From NCBI RefSeq assembly GCF_902713615.1, contig NC_052169.1:4924285-4988284 (forward strand): a stretch of 64,000 bases of DNA, given 5' to 3'. This document shows, in pieces, positions 11,678 through 23,096 of this stretch (its first letter is position 1; the number at the start of each line of letters is the position of its first letter). The DNA comes from Scyliorhinus canicula (lineage: Eukaryota). The position numbers and the translations under genes are program-made. The notes beneath the pieces were generated by a model. That model saw only the letters and a list, made by a program, of their open reading frames with translations. It was not told where the DNA came from and made no database searches.

Positions 11678-12327
11678 TTGCTAGAAATGCAAGCAGAGAA
11701 GCGGTAACCTAGCAACCTTACCTCACCTAGGCTTTGCTGTCCACTTTGCATTTTAAAATGGACGACTGCCCTGGGACTTTAATACACAATACACTGGATT
11801 GAGTCTAACAGCAGAACGATCAACACCAGAGAGATACAGAGCGAACGGCAAAGACGCAGAACAGAAGGGAGACGTAAGAAAGGAGAGAGAGAGAGAGAGA
11901 GAGGGAAAGAGTGGAAGACGTAGCAGACTAGACAAGAGGAAGGGTGAGAGGTTTGTAATAAAAGAGGAAGGGTCGACGAGAGCCAGGGGGAGGGGGAGGC
12001 TACATTTTGCAAAGTGGGAGAAGAGAAAGTTTGAGACGGAGCTTGTTTTATTTTTACCCCTGGCGAAGGGTACTCCCCAGTGAGGAAGTAATTACATTCT
12101 GTCTTTCGGCAATTGGCCACGGTCTTCCAGCTGTTATCATTCTCAGCCCTGGACCTTTACATCTCATTTTAATGAGCTCCTTCCTGTGCTGTGTAAAGAT
12201 GCCGCTAATGTGGGGATAGGCTGTCTCTGCTTGCTGCGTGTTAGCAGGAAACTTTATGCAGGCTGGTGAAACTATGGACAGACTTTTCAATTTCTCTATC
12301 TCCACCCTGTGTCCATTTTAATGCGTA

Positions 12328-12610
12328 ACAACAACTTGCATTGATATAGCAGCGGTGACATCCTGCTTCACAGGAGTGTAACAGAATAAGATTTGACACC
12401 TTAAGGCGGTTATAGAGCGAATGACCAAAATCTTAGTCCAAAGAGACGGGTTTTATTGAGCATCTTAAAGGAGCAGAGAGAGAGAGAGTGGTGGAGAGGT
12501 TTAGAAAATCTTTCCCAGAGTTTAGACGGCTGGAGGTACTGTCGCCCATGTTGGGGGAGATTAAAATTGGGGATGTACAGAAGGTCAGAATTAGAGGAGC
12601 GCCCATATCT
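12328..12610 (-). mobile_element. L2-like LINE 3' end (similar pieces at ~17910-18250 and ~22725-23230)
   Basis: Shared AACTTGCATTTATATAGC...GACCAAAA...TTTT.AGCATCTTAAAG block recurring in the window. Confidence 0.55.
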
Positions 12611-13307
12611 GGGAGGATCCCCTCCCCCATGGGGAATAGGGCGCCACTCATACTGTTTTTTATGTAAATGGATATTTGAGGAATCAATACCTGGCTCGCG
12701 GCGAAAGCTGACAACCTTTTTCACATGGATGGATGCTCGTGTGTTTCAACGAACATTTCATCAGGTAGGGAGGTGGGTTTGAGACCAGGGAGAGATCAGC
12801 CATGATCTGACTGAATGGCGGAGCAGGCTCGAGGGGCTGAATGGTCGTCTCCTGCTTCCAATTCCTATGTTCCATCCTGAGTAAGTGTGAAGAGCTCAGC
12901 TACGACCTCCATTGTATAGGCACGGCTTTCCATTTTAAGCCATTCCGGGTGAATGATACCCGGTGAATTGATCATGTGACTAAAACTGGCTGGAAATAAT
13001 AAGGTGGCAGGGTATCAGTGGCAGAACAAGGCAGTAACACCAAAGCCGTTTTAAATTTGGACGCTGCTACATTGTCAAGAGTCCCCCGTGCCTGATTCTT
13101 AAATCCAAATCCACCTGTAAAGAACCTTGAGCTCCTGGTACCAAAGCCACAATTGCCCAACTTTGTGACCCGCTGAACATTCTTCTCTTCAAAAGGTGCT
13201 CACGGCACTGGAGTGAGAATTGAACCCAGAATTTTCTGAGCCAGAGGCGAGTGTGCAGAAAAGGCCCTTCTCCTCGCCCTGTTCCAAATGCTTCACAACT
13301 AATCTAA

Positions 13308-13653
13308 GGGGCAGCACGGTAGCATGGTGGTTAGCATAAATGCTTCACAGCTCCAGGGTCCCAGGTTCGATTCCCGGCTGGGTCACTGTCTGTGTGGAGT
13401 CTTCACGTCCTCCCCCTGTGTGCGTGGGTTTCCTCCGGGTGCTCCGGTTTCCTCCCACAGTCCAAAGATGTGCGGGTTAGGTGGATTGGCCATGCTAAAT
13501 TGCCCGTAGTGTACTAATAAAAGTAAGGTTAAGGGGGGGGGTTGTTCGGTTACGGGTATAGGGTGGATACGTGGGTTTGAGTAGGGTGATCATGGCTCGG
13601 CACAACATTGAGGGCCGAAGGGCCTGTTCTGTGCTGTACTGTTCTATGTTCTA
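13308..13653 (+). mobile_element. Full-length HE1-type SINE with a CR1-derived tail (GGGCCGAAGGGCCTG...TTCTATG); young near-identical copies at 15979-16320 (-) and 54549-54893 (+)
   Basis: tRNA head, conserved GGGTTTCCTCCGGGTGCTCCGGTTTCCTCCC core, CR1 tail. Confidence 0.9.
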
Positions 13654-14121
13654 ATCTCATATCTAAGAACCCTCCCTCCTGGAAATTATCTAATTGATTC
13701 ATCCTGACCGTTCTTTCACAAGTTGAAACATTTAGGCAGTAGTAGTCAATCGGTATCATAGAGAAAGACAGGTTACATACAACACTTTGGAAAGGCAATG
13801 ATGCGCTGAAGAGCTGGTGGAATCAGTGGAGGAGCAAGAAAGTAGTCTTTAGAACACTGAAGCATCTCCATTATAGAAATGCTCGACACCCACCACAAAT
13901 GTGTGTGAGTCACAATCGAATAAAGCAGAAAATGACAACATTAAAATGAAAAAATGGTTTTGTTTTAGGGTCCGAGTGAATCTTTTGCACATTGATTCAC
14001 TAAGTGTCACAAAAGGCTGTTTTCATGTCAGCTGTTTGCAGGTGTTTCTCTCTCTCTTGCCTTTGCCGTTCGCAAACACACATCAAAGTTGTGGAGGAGC
14101 ATCTGCCAGTGTTCTGTGATA

Positions 14122-14670
14122 GCCATGATGTGGAGATGCCGGCGTTGGACTGGGGTGAGCACAGTAAGAAGTCTGACAACACCAGGTTAAAGTCCAACAG
14201 GTTTGTTTCAAACACTAGCTTTCGGAGCGCAGCTCCTTCCTCAGGTGAATGAAGAGGTAGTACCAGGTACGCGGTACATACTCGTGCGACTCGGCCACGG
14301 TGTCTACCTCATATGCTGCAGGAAAGGATGTCCCGAAGCGTGGTATATTGGCGAGACCATGCAGACGCTGCGAAAACGAATGAACGGACATCGCGCGACA
14401 ATCGCCAGGCAGGAATGTTCCCTTCCAGTTGGGGAGCACTTCAGCAGTCAAGGGCATTCAGCCTCTGATCTCCGGGTAAGCGTTCTCCAAGGCGGCCTTC
14501 AGGACGCGCGACAACGCAGAATCGCCGAGCAGAAACTTATAGCCAAGTTCCGCACACATGAGTGCGTCCTCAACCGGGACCTGGGATTCATGTCGCATTA
14601 CATTCACACCCCCCCCCCCCTTTGCAAAATCCTACCAGCTGTCCTGGCTTGAGACAATTTACACCTCTTT
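14122..14670 (+). mobile_element. Penelope-like element fragment: GIY-YIG endonuclease C-terminus preceded by an inverted pseudo-LTR
   Basis: VYLICC...WYIGET...RMNGHR...VGEHF...EQKLI...LNRD. The inverted terminal segment 14160-14255 carries a hammerhead core. Confidence 0.85.
14213..14249 (-). ncRNA. Minimal hammerhead ribozyme motif in the Penelope pseudo-LTR
   Basis: CAC-CTGAGGA-A-GGAGC(TGC)GCTCC-GAAA-GCTA-GTG: CUGAnGA and GAAA cores, stem II, short stems I and III. Confidence 0.65.
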
Positions 14671-16849
14671 CATAGATTCATAGAATTTACAGTACAGAAG
14701 GAGGCCATTTGGCCCTTCGAGTCTGCACCGGCTCTTGGAACGAGCACCCTACCAGGCCCACATCTCCACCCTATCCCCATAACCCAGTAACCCCACCCAA
14801 CACTAAGGGCAATAAGCGATTTTCATTTCAGCATCTTCATAGCATCATAGAATCCCGACAGTGCTGACGGAGGCCATTCGGCCCATCGAGTCTGCACCGA
14901 CCCTCAGAAAGTGCACCCTACTCCCTCCTCCCCCTTCCCTCGCCCGCCCTATCCCAGCAAACCCATCTAACCATTTTTGGACACTAAGGGCAATTTAGCG
15001 TGGCCAATCCACCTAACCTGCACATCTTTCGGCATGTGGGAGGAAACCGGAGCACCCGGAGGAAACCCACGCAGACACGGGGAGAACGTGCAGACTCCGC
15101 ATAGTCACCCAAGGCCGGAATCGAACCCAGATCCCTGCCGCTGTGAGGGAACAGTGCTAGCCACTGTGCCACCCTCAGATGTGGACTGGCCGTGGACTGT
15201 TCCGCCAGCTTGAAATGAAATGAAAATGAAAATCGCTTATTGTCACGAGTAGGCTTCAATGAAGTTACTGTGAAAAGCCCCTAGTCACCTCATTCCGGTG
15301 CCTGTTTGGGAAGGCTGTTACGGGAATCGAACCGTGCTGCTGGCCTGCCTTGGTCTGCTTTCAAAGCCAGCGATTTAGCCCAGTAAAGCTAAACAGCTTC
15401 ACAGTAATGCCGTCAGCTGGACCCAATAGCTATCCGCCTGTAGATAGGGAATTGGTGGATTCTACATGCTTTTCCCTGCAATTGTCTCCTCTCCGGATAA
15501 AGTTTTGAAGCAGCTATCTTCTGGTTGATTGGATCTGATCCTCCCAGATTGGCGTACCTCGCTATTTCATCATGGTCCATTTTTATTACAACAGTAGTGG
15601 GCTGGCGGGCTGATTGACCATGGAAGGCATCGCAGTCAAAACTGAGCCTAATTTCTCTCAATGTCCATGTGCGAAAGTTACAGCAAGGGTTACCAGAGAG
15701 CAATTTATGTGGAACAAAGTCGTTTATAATTTGAAAAAGCTCACCAAAGTGTCACAACAGGAAATAAGATTTTGTGAGCATTGTGCGAGTGGAGATATTA
15801 AAATTTCAATATATATTTAAATGCTGCAGCTTAATATGTGGATTGATCGTCCTAAAATATTCTCAATATGAACCGCAGAAGCCAGTGGATATGTATCAAC
15901 TCTGTGAGAAAGGGGCCAATTACTTTAAATACCTGACAAATATCAGCAACAATCTGACACCCTCCTCCACTAATACTTTAGAACATAGAACAGTACAGCA
16001 CAGAACAGGCCCTTCGGCCCTCGATGCCGTGCCGAGCAATGATCACCCCACTCAAACCCATATATCCACCCTATACCCGCAACCCAAACAACCCCCCCTT
16101 AACCTTATTTTTTAGGACACTGCGGGCAATTTAGCATGGCCAATCCAACTAACCCGCACATCTTTGGACTGTGGGAGGAAACCGGAGCACCCGGAGGAAA
16201 CCCACGCACACACGGGGAGGATGTGCAGACTCCGCACAGACAGTGACCCAGCCGGGAATCGAACCTGGGACCCTGGAGCTGTGAAGCATTTATGCTAACC
16301 ATCATGCTACCGTGCTGCCCTAAATTTTGATATAGATTTCGATAGAAAAGGAACGACTTTAGTGGTTGGAAGATGTTAATGCACTTTGAATTATTCTGAA
16401 AGGGATGCTAGTATGGATGGATTGCTGTCTGCAAGGAATTGTAGAAATCCTACCATTCTTCACAAGTTCCGGAGCCCGATTCTAAGCCAAACTTGAAAGC
16501 GACCTTGAAAGCATTGTCGATTGTCATAAACACCCATCTGGTTCTCTAATGTCCTTTAGGGAAGGAAATCTGCCGTCCTTACCCGGTCTGGCCTACATGT
16601 GACTGCCGACCCACAGCAATGTGGTTGATTCTTAAATGTCCTCAGGGATGAGCAAGAAATGTCGGCCCAGCCAGCGACACCCACATTTCATGAACAAATA
16701 AATTTTTTAATTGCCATTTCTCACTTTGTGGCGTGTCTAAAGAGTTTGCTTTGGGAGTGTTCGTATTGCCCATGTTGACAGGGGCAGAGATGAACAGAAA
16801 TCACAGTCATATTGTTCGACAAAGCTGCTTTTTGTTTGATTATTCATTT

Positions 16850-17285
16850 TGGAGTCTTGGGCATCCCACTGGGAAGTTTGCCATTTATTGCCCATTCCTA
16901 GTTGCCCTTGAGGTGGTGGTGATGAGCCATCTTCTTCATCCTTTGCTTTCCATGGGGTATTGTTGGGGAGGGAGTATTGTTGGGGTATTGTTGGTCCAGT
17001 AGCATTGACGGAAGGAACCGTGATGTTGTCCCAAGTCAGGATGGGGAGTGACTTGGAGGGAAAGGTGCAAGTACTGCTGGCGGAGGTCAAAGTTTTGTGA
17101 GATGCCCCTGAAAGAGCTTCGGCGAGCTGCTGCTGTGCATCTTGTAGATGGTACACACCACAGACACAGTGCCTCGTTGGTGGAGGACATGGATATTTAA
17201 GCTCATGGATGGGGTGTCAATCAAGAGGGGCTCTCTGTCCTGGATGGTGCCGAGCTTTTTGAGTGTTGCTGGAGCTGCCCATACA
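16850..17285 (-). mobile_element. CR1/L2-group LINE 3' fragment
   Basis: YSSPVW..AP.TLKKL.TIQD...VCTIYKMH; related pieces at ~1165-1400. Confidence 0.65.
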
Positions 17286-19641
17286 GGTGAAGAATAATCC
17301 TGACAGGTTATGTTCAAGTACATTGACGATAAGTAAAATAGCATGGGTAATAATCGATGTTGGCACATCATTATGTAAGCCACCAGACTCAGAATTAATG
17401 CAGTTTAAAGCAAAAGGGTTTCCTTAGCTTGAATGGTGGTAGTGGATGGGTGGGGGAGGGGGGGTTAAAGGTGAAATGTAGTCATTAGCAGAATGGGCGA
17501 GAATGTAGCACTGCACACAGCTTTCCTGGCCACAATAGTTTCACGATCCCACTCAGACTGTATCTCTTTCAGGGTACAAGCGAGCAAGGGGATCTTAGCA
17601 ACAACGGCTTTCAATCTTTATCAGTGTCATAATTAGGCTTGCGTTAACGCTGCAATGAAGTTACTTTGAAAATCCCCTAGTCGCCACATTCCGGCGCCTG
17701 TTCGGGTACACAGAGTGAGAATCCTTAATGTCCAATTCACCCAACAAGCACATCTTTCGGGACTTGTGGGAGGAAACCGGAGCACCCGGTGGAAACCCGC
17801 GGAGACACGGGGAGAACGTGCAAACTCCGCACAGACAGTAATCCAAGCCGGAATCGAACCCGGGTCCCTGGTGCAGTGCTAGCCACTGATCTACTGAGCC
17901 TTCCCATTTATAGCTTGCATTTATAGAGCATCTTTAACGTTGTAAGATGTCCCAAAGGAGCTTTATCAATCAAAATTTAACACCGAGCCACATCGGGAGA
18001 TTTTAGAACAAGTACACACAAGCTTGGTAAAAGAAGTAGACTATCTTAAAGCAGAGAGAGAGAGAGGTGAAGACATTTAAGGAGGAAATTCCAGAGTTGG
18101 GGAAAAGATTCTTTAAAGGTTTGGCCATCAATGATGGATCAATTAAAAGCAGGACCGTGTAAGAGGCCGGAATTAGAGGAGTGCAGAGATCTCAAGGGAT
18201 TTTAGAGTTGGAGGAGATTACAGAGATAGGGAGGCGTGAGACCAGGGAGAGATTTCAGCTGAAATTAAAGGAGAAAATAAGTTGGTGGATAAATGTACTG
18301 CTCAGTTAGAGCAGAGAGGCCCAAGATTCAATCCCCAGGCTGTATTGTGCCAGCTCATCTTAGCTAGTGCTGAATGTAAGGGGAGAATCACATTTGACTT
18401 TGGTTTTATTTTTATCAAGTTGTTGATGAATTACCGATCTTTGTGTTGTTTCTATAATCTCGGTGATTGCTTGGCCCTTCACCCTATGAATCATCTCTAC
18501 AGTTATTAAACCGTGGAGACTCAGAAAATACATTAACACATCCCTCATTGGTTGCTAATGCCAAGAATCTAATCAGCGTGGACTTAAAATGGAATTTTGA
18601 ATCAGAAGGATTTATTGTTGTGATATCGCAGAAGATGGCTGGTTTCCCCAGAGGGATCTATCAGTTTCAGAAAAATGAACAGTCACTAGATGAGACATAT
18701 GTCATAGATAAATGCAAAGATGAAATGGTCTGGAAAATCCTAATCCAATAATCCAATTTACTGAAATTAACACTTATCCCCGACTCTAACTTGGTTGCGC
18801 GAACTTCTCTTTCCATTGAAACTTCTCATCTCTTAACGTTACTGTGACAATTGTTACAATAAACATTCCTTATTTGTTCTTGATTAACCCTGTATCCAGC
18901 CTCCTTTACATTCTTGTCACCCCTGCTGTTGAATATTGAGACTCGTCGTAAGTCTTCAACTCCAATTTATTCTTCTGTAGTATCTCAAAACTGTGGATCT
19001 CCTCATCTTCTTCAGGTCTTCTTTCTACTGCTTCCAAAACGTAATCCTGCTCTTGCCTAATCGCTACTTCCGGATTTCTTTCAACTCCTTTCCTACTCTT
19101 TTCAACCCTGATGCCATCGTCTATAGTGGATTGTGAAACTCCACTGAGCCTTTTCTGTGTCGGAAAATGAAGATCCCAATCTTTTCATCGTCAATGCATT
19201 GAAGTGTTGATTCTTATCTGGCCACATTAGGGCGGCACGGTAGCACACTGGTTAGCTTCACAGCGCCAGGGTCCCAGGATTGATTCCCAGCTTGGGTCAC
19301 TGTCTGTGCGGAGTTTGTATGTTCTCCCCGTGTCTGCGTGGGTTTCCTCCGGATGCTCTGGTTTCCTCCCACAATCCAAAGATGTGCAGGTTAGACGGAT
19401 TGGCCATGCTAAATTGCCCTTAGTGTCCAAAAAGGTTATGTGGGGTTATGGGGATAGGGTGGAGGTGTTGGCTTAAGTGGGGTGCTCTTTCCAAGGGCTG
19501 GAGCAGACTCAATGGGCCAAATGGCCTCCTTCTGCACTGTAAATTCTATCATTCTAGAATTGTGGCCTCCTGGTAATGAAGACAAGGAGGACTAGGAGAT
19601 TGGACCAGTTGATATAACCTCTTGGACATATACTAGACAGA

Positions 19642-20212
19642 AGGCACTAGTTACGCAGCATTTGCAATACTGCGGACAGTTTTGGACCCCTAGTCCCTGA
19701 GCTAAGGAAATGTATAGTGGCATTGGAGGCAGACCAGAGACGGTTCACTAGGCTGCGACCGGGTATGGAGGGATTTTCTTATGATGCGAGATTGGGTAGG
19801 TTGGGCCTGTACTCATTGGAGTTTAGAAAAATGTGAGGCGACCTTATTGAGACATATCGCATTTTCAGGGAGCTTGACAGGGGAGATGCTGAGAGGATGT
19901 TTTCTCTTGTGGGAGAGTCGAGGACCTGAGGGCATCATCTCAGAGTAAGGAGTCGCCCATTTAAAACAGAGATGAGGAGGAATTTCTTCTCTCAGAGGAT
20001 AGTGTATCTGTGTAATTCTTTACCGCAGAGAGCTGTAGAGACCGGGTCGTTAAGTATCTTCACGACAGAGTTTTAATCAGTGAGGGAATCGAGGGAAATG
20101 GGATAGGGCGGGAAACTGGAGTTAACAATTATCATATCAGATCAGTCATGGTCTTTGAATGGCAGAGCAGATGGGCTGAATGGTCTACTTCTGCTCCCAC
20201 ATGATATTGTCT
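19642..20212 (+). mobile_element. CR1 3' fragment
   Basis: Degenerate EYC.QFW / LGLYSLEFR coding sequence and CR1 tail. Confidence 0.85.
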
Positions 20213-22332
20213 TAAATGAGTTCCTCACTTTGGGCCACATTGGATGGTGTGGTTAACTGGAACCCTGTTTTCACCCTCAGGACCGAATGAGCTCCTATCT
20301 CAGACGGAGTCTCCATTTATTTTTGGCAAACTCGTCAAACACAATCCTTTATGTCGGTGACACGGACATCCCGGAATGAAGGAAGAAACTGGAAAAACGC
20401 ATTCCCCATTTCAAGTCTCAATGTTAATGATCGTTAGAAGAAAATCTACCTTCTAAAGTTTTAAATTAGATAATGGGTTGGGTTTTACAAATCCCTCCCA
20501 CTCATGTATTTTCAATGGGGGAAGGGGTGCATAAACTACAAGAGTGGCAAGACTGCCACCTTCCTGCCCATGCCCGAACCATCCCCCATAACAGGCACCA
20601 GGATGGACAGGCACCAAAATCGACTGCCATAAGTAAATAAAGAACTCATGGTCAGTTGTGTTTGATACCAAGCCAGTTGGCTCGAAAATAATGCTGCTTC
20701 TGCCATACAATGGTTGGCATGGATTGGCAGGTGGGGTGGGTTTTTTTTAAGGACACTGCTTACAAAGTGGGAAGAGAGGGGAGCTCCTTGCAATTCTAGC
20801 AGTGCCCAATCAGATTGTCCGGCAGCTCTTGAGGGCAGTGCCTCTTCCCAATGAAGGGTGGAAGTCCCACACCCTCCTTGTTTAGCACACACAGCTGTGT
20901 GTTATGGCTGTGGTGCGGCCTTCTTTTATGTGTGTTGGCTAACGACTGACTCTCACAGTTGGGTGGGTGGAACAATACAAACCCTCCCCCATGAAATCCA
21001 GAACCAGGACTTATAAACGGGCAGTGCAGTGCAAGCGACATGGCACAGGGCATTTCTGCAGTATTAATAGGGCTCCTTCAGCTGAAATGGACGGGCATAA
21101 TTTCACGATCAACTGTCTCTTAGTGCAATTTAGCTCAAGCCAATAAGCCAATTGCAGGCTTACCTCAACTCAGGTCAGAATGGCTTCCTGCTGTGCGGTG
21201 TTGCACCTAAATGAGAAGTGATGACACTGAAACGGGCAGCCTCCAGTTGGAATCTAGCCACACAGAAGTGCTGAGATATTGCTCAGAGGAACACCCAACA
21301 TGCAACGCCATCTTACAGGAAGGTGGAGATTTCACTACCCTGCTCTCTCAATCTCAGGTGAGCTGCTGCTGGAGGCACCAAAGAGGGGCCCCCAGGATCC
21401 CCAACAAGGGATGGGGACGCACACTTGTGAACCACTTGAATCGTGTCAAATAGTGATTCCCCAAGAGCAGGCTGCACTCCCAGATATTTAATCCCTAGAC
21501 TCAGAGGGCCTGGCAGGATAGATGCAGAAGGGCCGTTGTCTGCAGGCTGGAGATGTTAAAACCAGAGGTAAATTCATTGTAATAGTAACATTAGTAATAA
21601 TCTTTATTGTCACAAGTAGGCTCACATAAACACTGCAATGAAGTTACTGTGAAAAAACCCTGGTTGGCACATTCCGGCGCCTGTTCGGGTACACGGAGGG
21701 AGAATTCAGAATGTCCAGATTACCTAAAGCACGTCTTTCTGGACTTGTGGGAGGAAGTCGGAGCACCCGGAGGAAACCCATGCAGACACCGGAGGGAACG
21801 TGCAAACTCCACGCAGACAGTGACCCAAGCCGGGAATCGAACCTGGGACCCTGGGACCCTGGCACGGTGATCCCCCCAGGGAGCGGATGGGCAACAGAGG
21901 CCAGCGGTGACTAATCCAGACACTGCTTATGTTTTTAAAATATGTTTCATCCTGCAATATGGTTGTGAGCTGACATAACATTTACAAATGTGACAGGCGT
22001 GTTCGGATAAAAGACATCCCTGACATTTAAAGGAAAGACCGTTTTATTTTGAGGCAGACAATGCTACATCCTGTTCTTGCACCAAAATATGGAAATCTAG
22101 ACAGACTGCTTTAAGAAAACCAGGATAACATATGTAAAAATAGATTCAGTCATTCCAAAGGACACACAAACACAGACAGACCAAAGCAATTGTAAGTACA
22201 ATTCTGTGTACTAGGACAGTATGCGAAGCACTAACAATTTTATTTGTATGCAAAATATGTCCAGCAGACGTCTTCATTTTCTCCTTCTTCCTATTGTTAA
22301 TAGAAGTGATTTTATTAAATCTCTTGGATTCT

Positions 22333-22440
22333 CTACAAGCATTTAAGCAGGAAGAAGTTACAGCCAGAACTCCTGGGGCAGTCGCAGAGTTTTCCAATCC
22401 TGGCACCTTTTCTTACAGCACATTGTTCCCCAACATCACA
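22333..22440 (-). CDS. CARTPT: CART prepropeptide exon 3 ([35 protein letters not shown]); not in the supplied ORF track
   Basis: Hand-translated: six-cysteine CART core, acceptor TGTCTTTTGTCTATTTCCAG, TAG at 22335-22333. AATAAA motifs follow downstream (~22311, ~22240, ~22043). Confidence 0.97.
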   Translation of the reverse strand, partial: CDVGEQCAVRKGARIGKLCDCPRSSGCNFFLLKCL

Positions 22441-22751
22441 CTGGAAATAGACAAAAGACAAGCACTTACTGATTAAAGACTTCAATGCGGACGAAAGCCC
22501 CTGTACATAGGATGTTATTACATAAAATTAACGGGGCATTTGATCAAACCACGATGCCACTGCTTCAACATCAACATGTTTGTTCAAAGACTCCAGCAAC
22601 AGAGGTTTGTCAGCTCATAAACCAAATTAATTTCAACAAATTGGAATTCATTTCCAATAAGGTTCAGCTTAAGGCTGGGTACAATTGAGCAGTCACGAGG
22701 CAATAATAACCACAAGTTTGCAAGATGACAACTTGCATTTATATACCACCC

Positions 22752-23096
22752 GGGCAGCACGGTAGCACAGTGGTTAGCACTGTTGCTTCACAGCACCAGG
22801 GACCTGGGTTCAATTCCGGCTGGGTCACCGTCTGTGTGGAGTCTGCACGTTCTCCCCGTGTCTGCGTGGGTTTCCTCCGGGTGCTCCGGCTTCCTCCCAC
22901 AGTCCAAAGATGTGCAGGTGAGGTGGATTGGCCATGCTAAATTGCCCTTTGTGTCCAAAAAGGTTAGATTGGGTTGCTGGGTTTCAGGGATGGGGGTGGA
23001 GGTGTGGGCTTGGGTGAGGGTGTTCTTTCCAAGGGCTGTTGCAGGCTCGATGGGCCGAATGGCCTCCTTCTGCACTGTAAATTCTGTGAATTCTAT
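22752..23096 (+). mobile_element. HE1-type SINE with a second CR1-derived tail (GATGGGCCGAATGGCCTCC...); relatives at 108-414, 19230-19556, 32236-32590, 40870-41200, 44070-44412, 44773-45045, 45940-46272, 48058-48350
   Basis: Same head and core; the tail matches the CR1 3' ends in this window. Confidence 0.9.
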
